From Lepidodermella squamata (taxonomy: Eukaryota; Animalia; Gastrotricha), in NCBI GenBank assembly GCA_047495785.1, contig JBLDXI010000078.1, positions 27,985-91,984 on the forward strand: a DNA stretch of 64,000 bases, in the 5' to 3' direction. A program made the position numbers and the translations under genes. Shown one piece after another: positions 62,958 to 64,000 of the stretch (the first letter of the stretch is position 1; every line of letters begins with the position of its first letter). Below the pieces are notes generated by a model. The model saw only the letters and a program-made list of their open reading frames with translations, made no database searches and was not told the DNA's origin.

Positions 62958-64000
62958 TTCCAAGTTTTATTGCCCCACCACCTAGTTCGCTACCATTTTT
63001 CTAACTCGTTTTTTCCGCAGAATTTTGTACTTTCCGCCTCCAGCGTCTTTAGTTTTGGCCACACATCCTCAGCTGAAGCTGTCCAATCTACATCAATTAA
63101 TTTCTGGTCCATCACCTGCTCCAATTTATTAGAAAAAGTTGGTTGTTCTAGCCGTTCCTGAGCCGTGCGCCATGCTTCTTCAACTATATCTTTATTGCGG
63201 TCCAGTTCAAGCCTCATCTGCCAGCGAAAAACAGCGCCTTAGATATTTAGGGCAAGTCATTGGATCTAGAGAATACGAAGAAGACAGCCTTCTAAATAAG
63301 ATTTACACCTGGACTCCTCCATTCGGATGGATAGCACCAAGACGCAGACCCCGAATAAGGTGGATATGTCACATTTAAAGTCGACAATCGTGAAATGTCG
63401 ACAATATATAAAATAAATCGCCATTTAATGTGAATAAAATGCCATCCCTGTGAGTTGCCATGTTGACCACAAGGTGAAATCCACATCGAATCCAATCTGG
63501 ATTTATTTTCCCGGTCGGGGAAAAGTAATTGGCCAAAAATCAATAATCAATCGATATCGATTATCGAAAATCGGTTTTCTGAAAATGTGCATAATCGCCA
63601 TGAATTTTACGATATCAGATTCGGATGCCTCGATGTGGATTTCACCTTGTGGTCATCAACATGGCAATTCACAGGGATGGCATTTTATACACATTAAAAT
63701 GGTATAAATTATTACGATTGCAAAGCTCGCGATGTCGTGCACAATGATTGAGGATTTAAAAAAAACTGCACACGTGCAGTCGAGGTGTCGGCCCGAGCAC
63801 GGCGAAAAACGTTGGGTTCTCGCCGTAATTGGACTGTCCTAGTGTGGAACCCCTAAATTTGGCGTGGACCTCAACAACCATGCGTAAGACCATCGCTCTT
63901 TTCGCTCGGGTACCATGCCAATGCCCGAGCCCGGCGGAGTTAGACGTGGCACAAAAATACACTGACCTACCTATTTTTCTCTCCGTCGCACATCAAACTA
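62958..64000 (-). repeat. Inverted near-identical copy of 59582 to about 60627, running off the window end
   Basis: Reverse-complement identity, including the mirrored ORFs in the track; differences are mostly 1-bp indels. Confidence 0.9.

Noticed and set aside
1-64000. tRNA, rRNA or prokaryotic defence systems
   Set aside because: None recognised by eye; a tRNAscan/Infernal run would be needed to exclude small RNAs

Overview
This is intron-containing DNA from an invertebrate animal with compact introns (mostly about 45-60 nt); the species cannot be identified from the sequence. Hand splicing gives these host genes: a C2H2 zinc-finger gene; two tandem non-alpha nicotinic-receptor-like Cys-loop channels; two fucosyltransferase-superfamily genes (one disrupted); a stand-alone double glutaminase-type ankyrin protein; a 65-aa secreted peptide; a trypsin-3xSushi-trypsin polyprotease; a GABA-B-like class C GPCR split by an intact PIF/Harbinger transposon; a pseudokinase-ankyrin gene; a Kunitz-like mini-gene; and C-type lectin genes. 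An intact MULE/SWIM transposon, many MITEs and a fold-back structure at the right end are also present. The best candidate for an undescribed system is a tandem family (about 22.4 kb and 30.9-45.1 kb) of secreted Cys-rich proteins that the ORF track almost entirely misses. Each is built from a roughly 48-aa 4-Cys module encoded by a pair of short phase-0 exons, grouped in threes by phase-1 introns. One paralog has a duplicated exon pair, and a similar module appears fused to a C-type lectin. All gene models are manual and have no transcript or database support.
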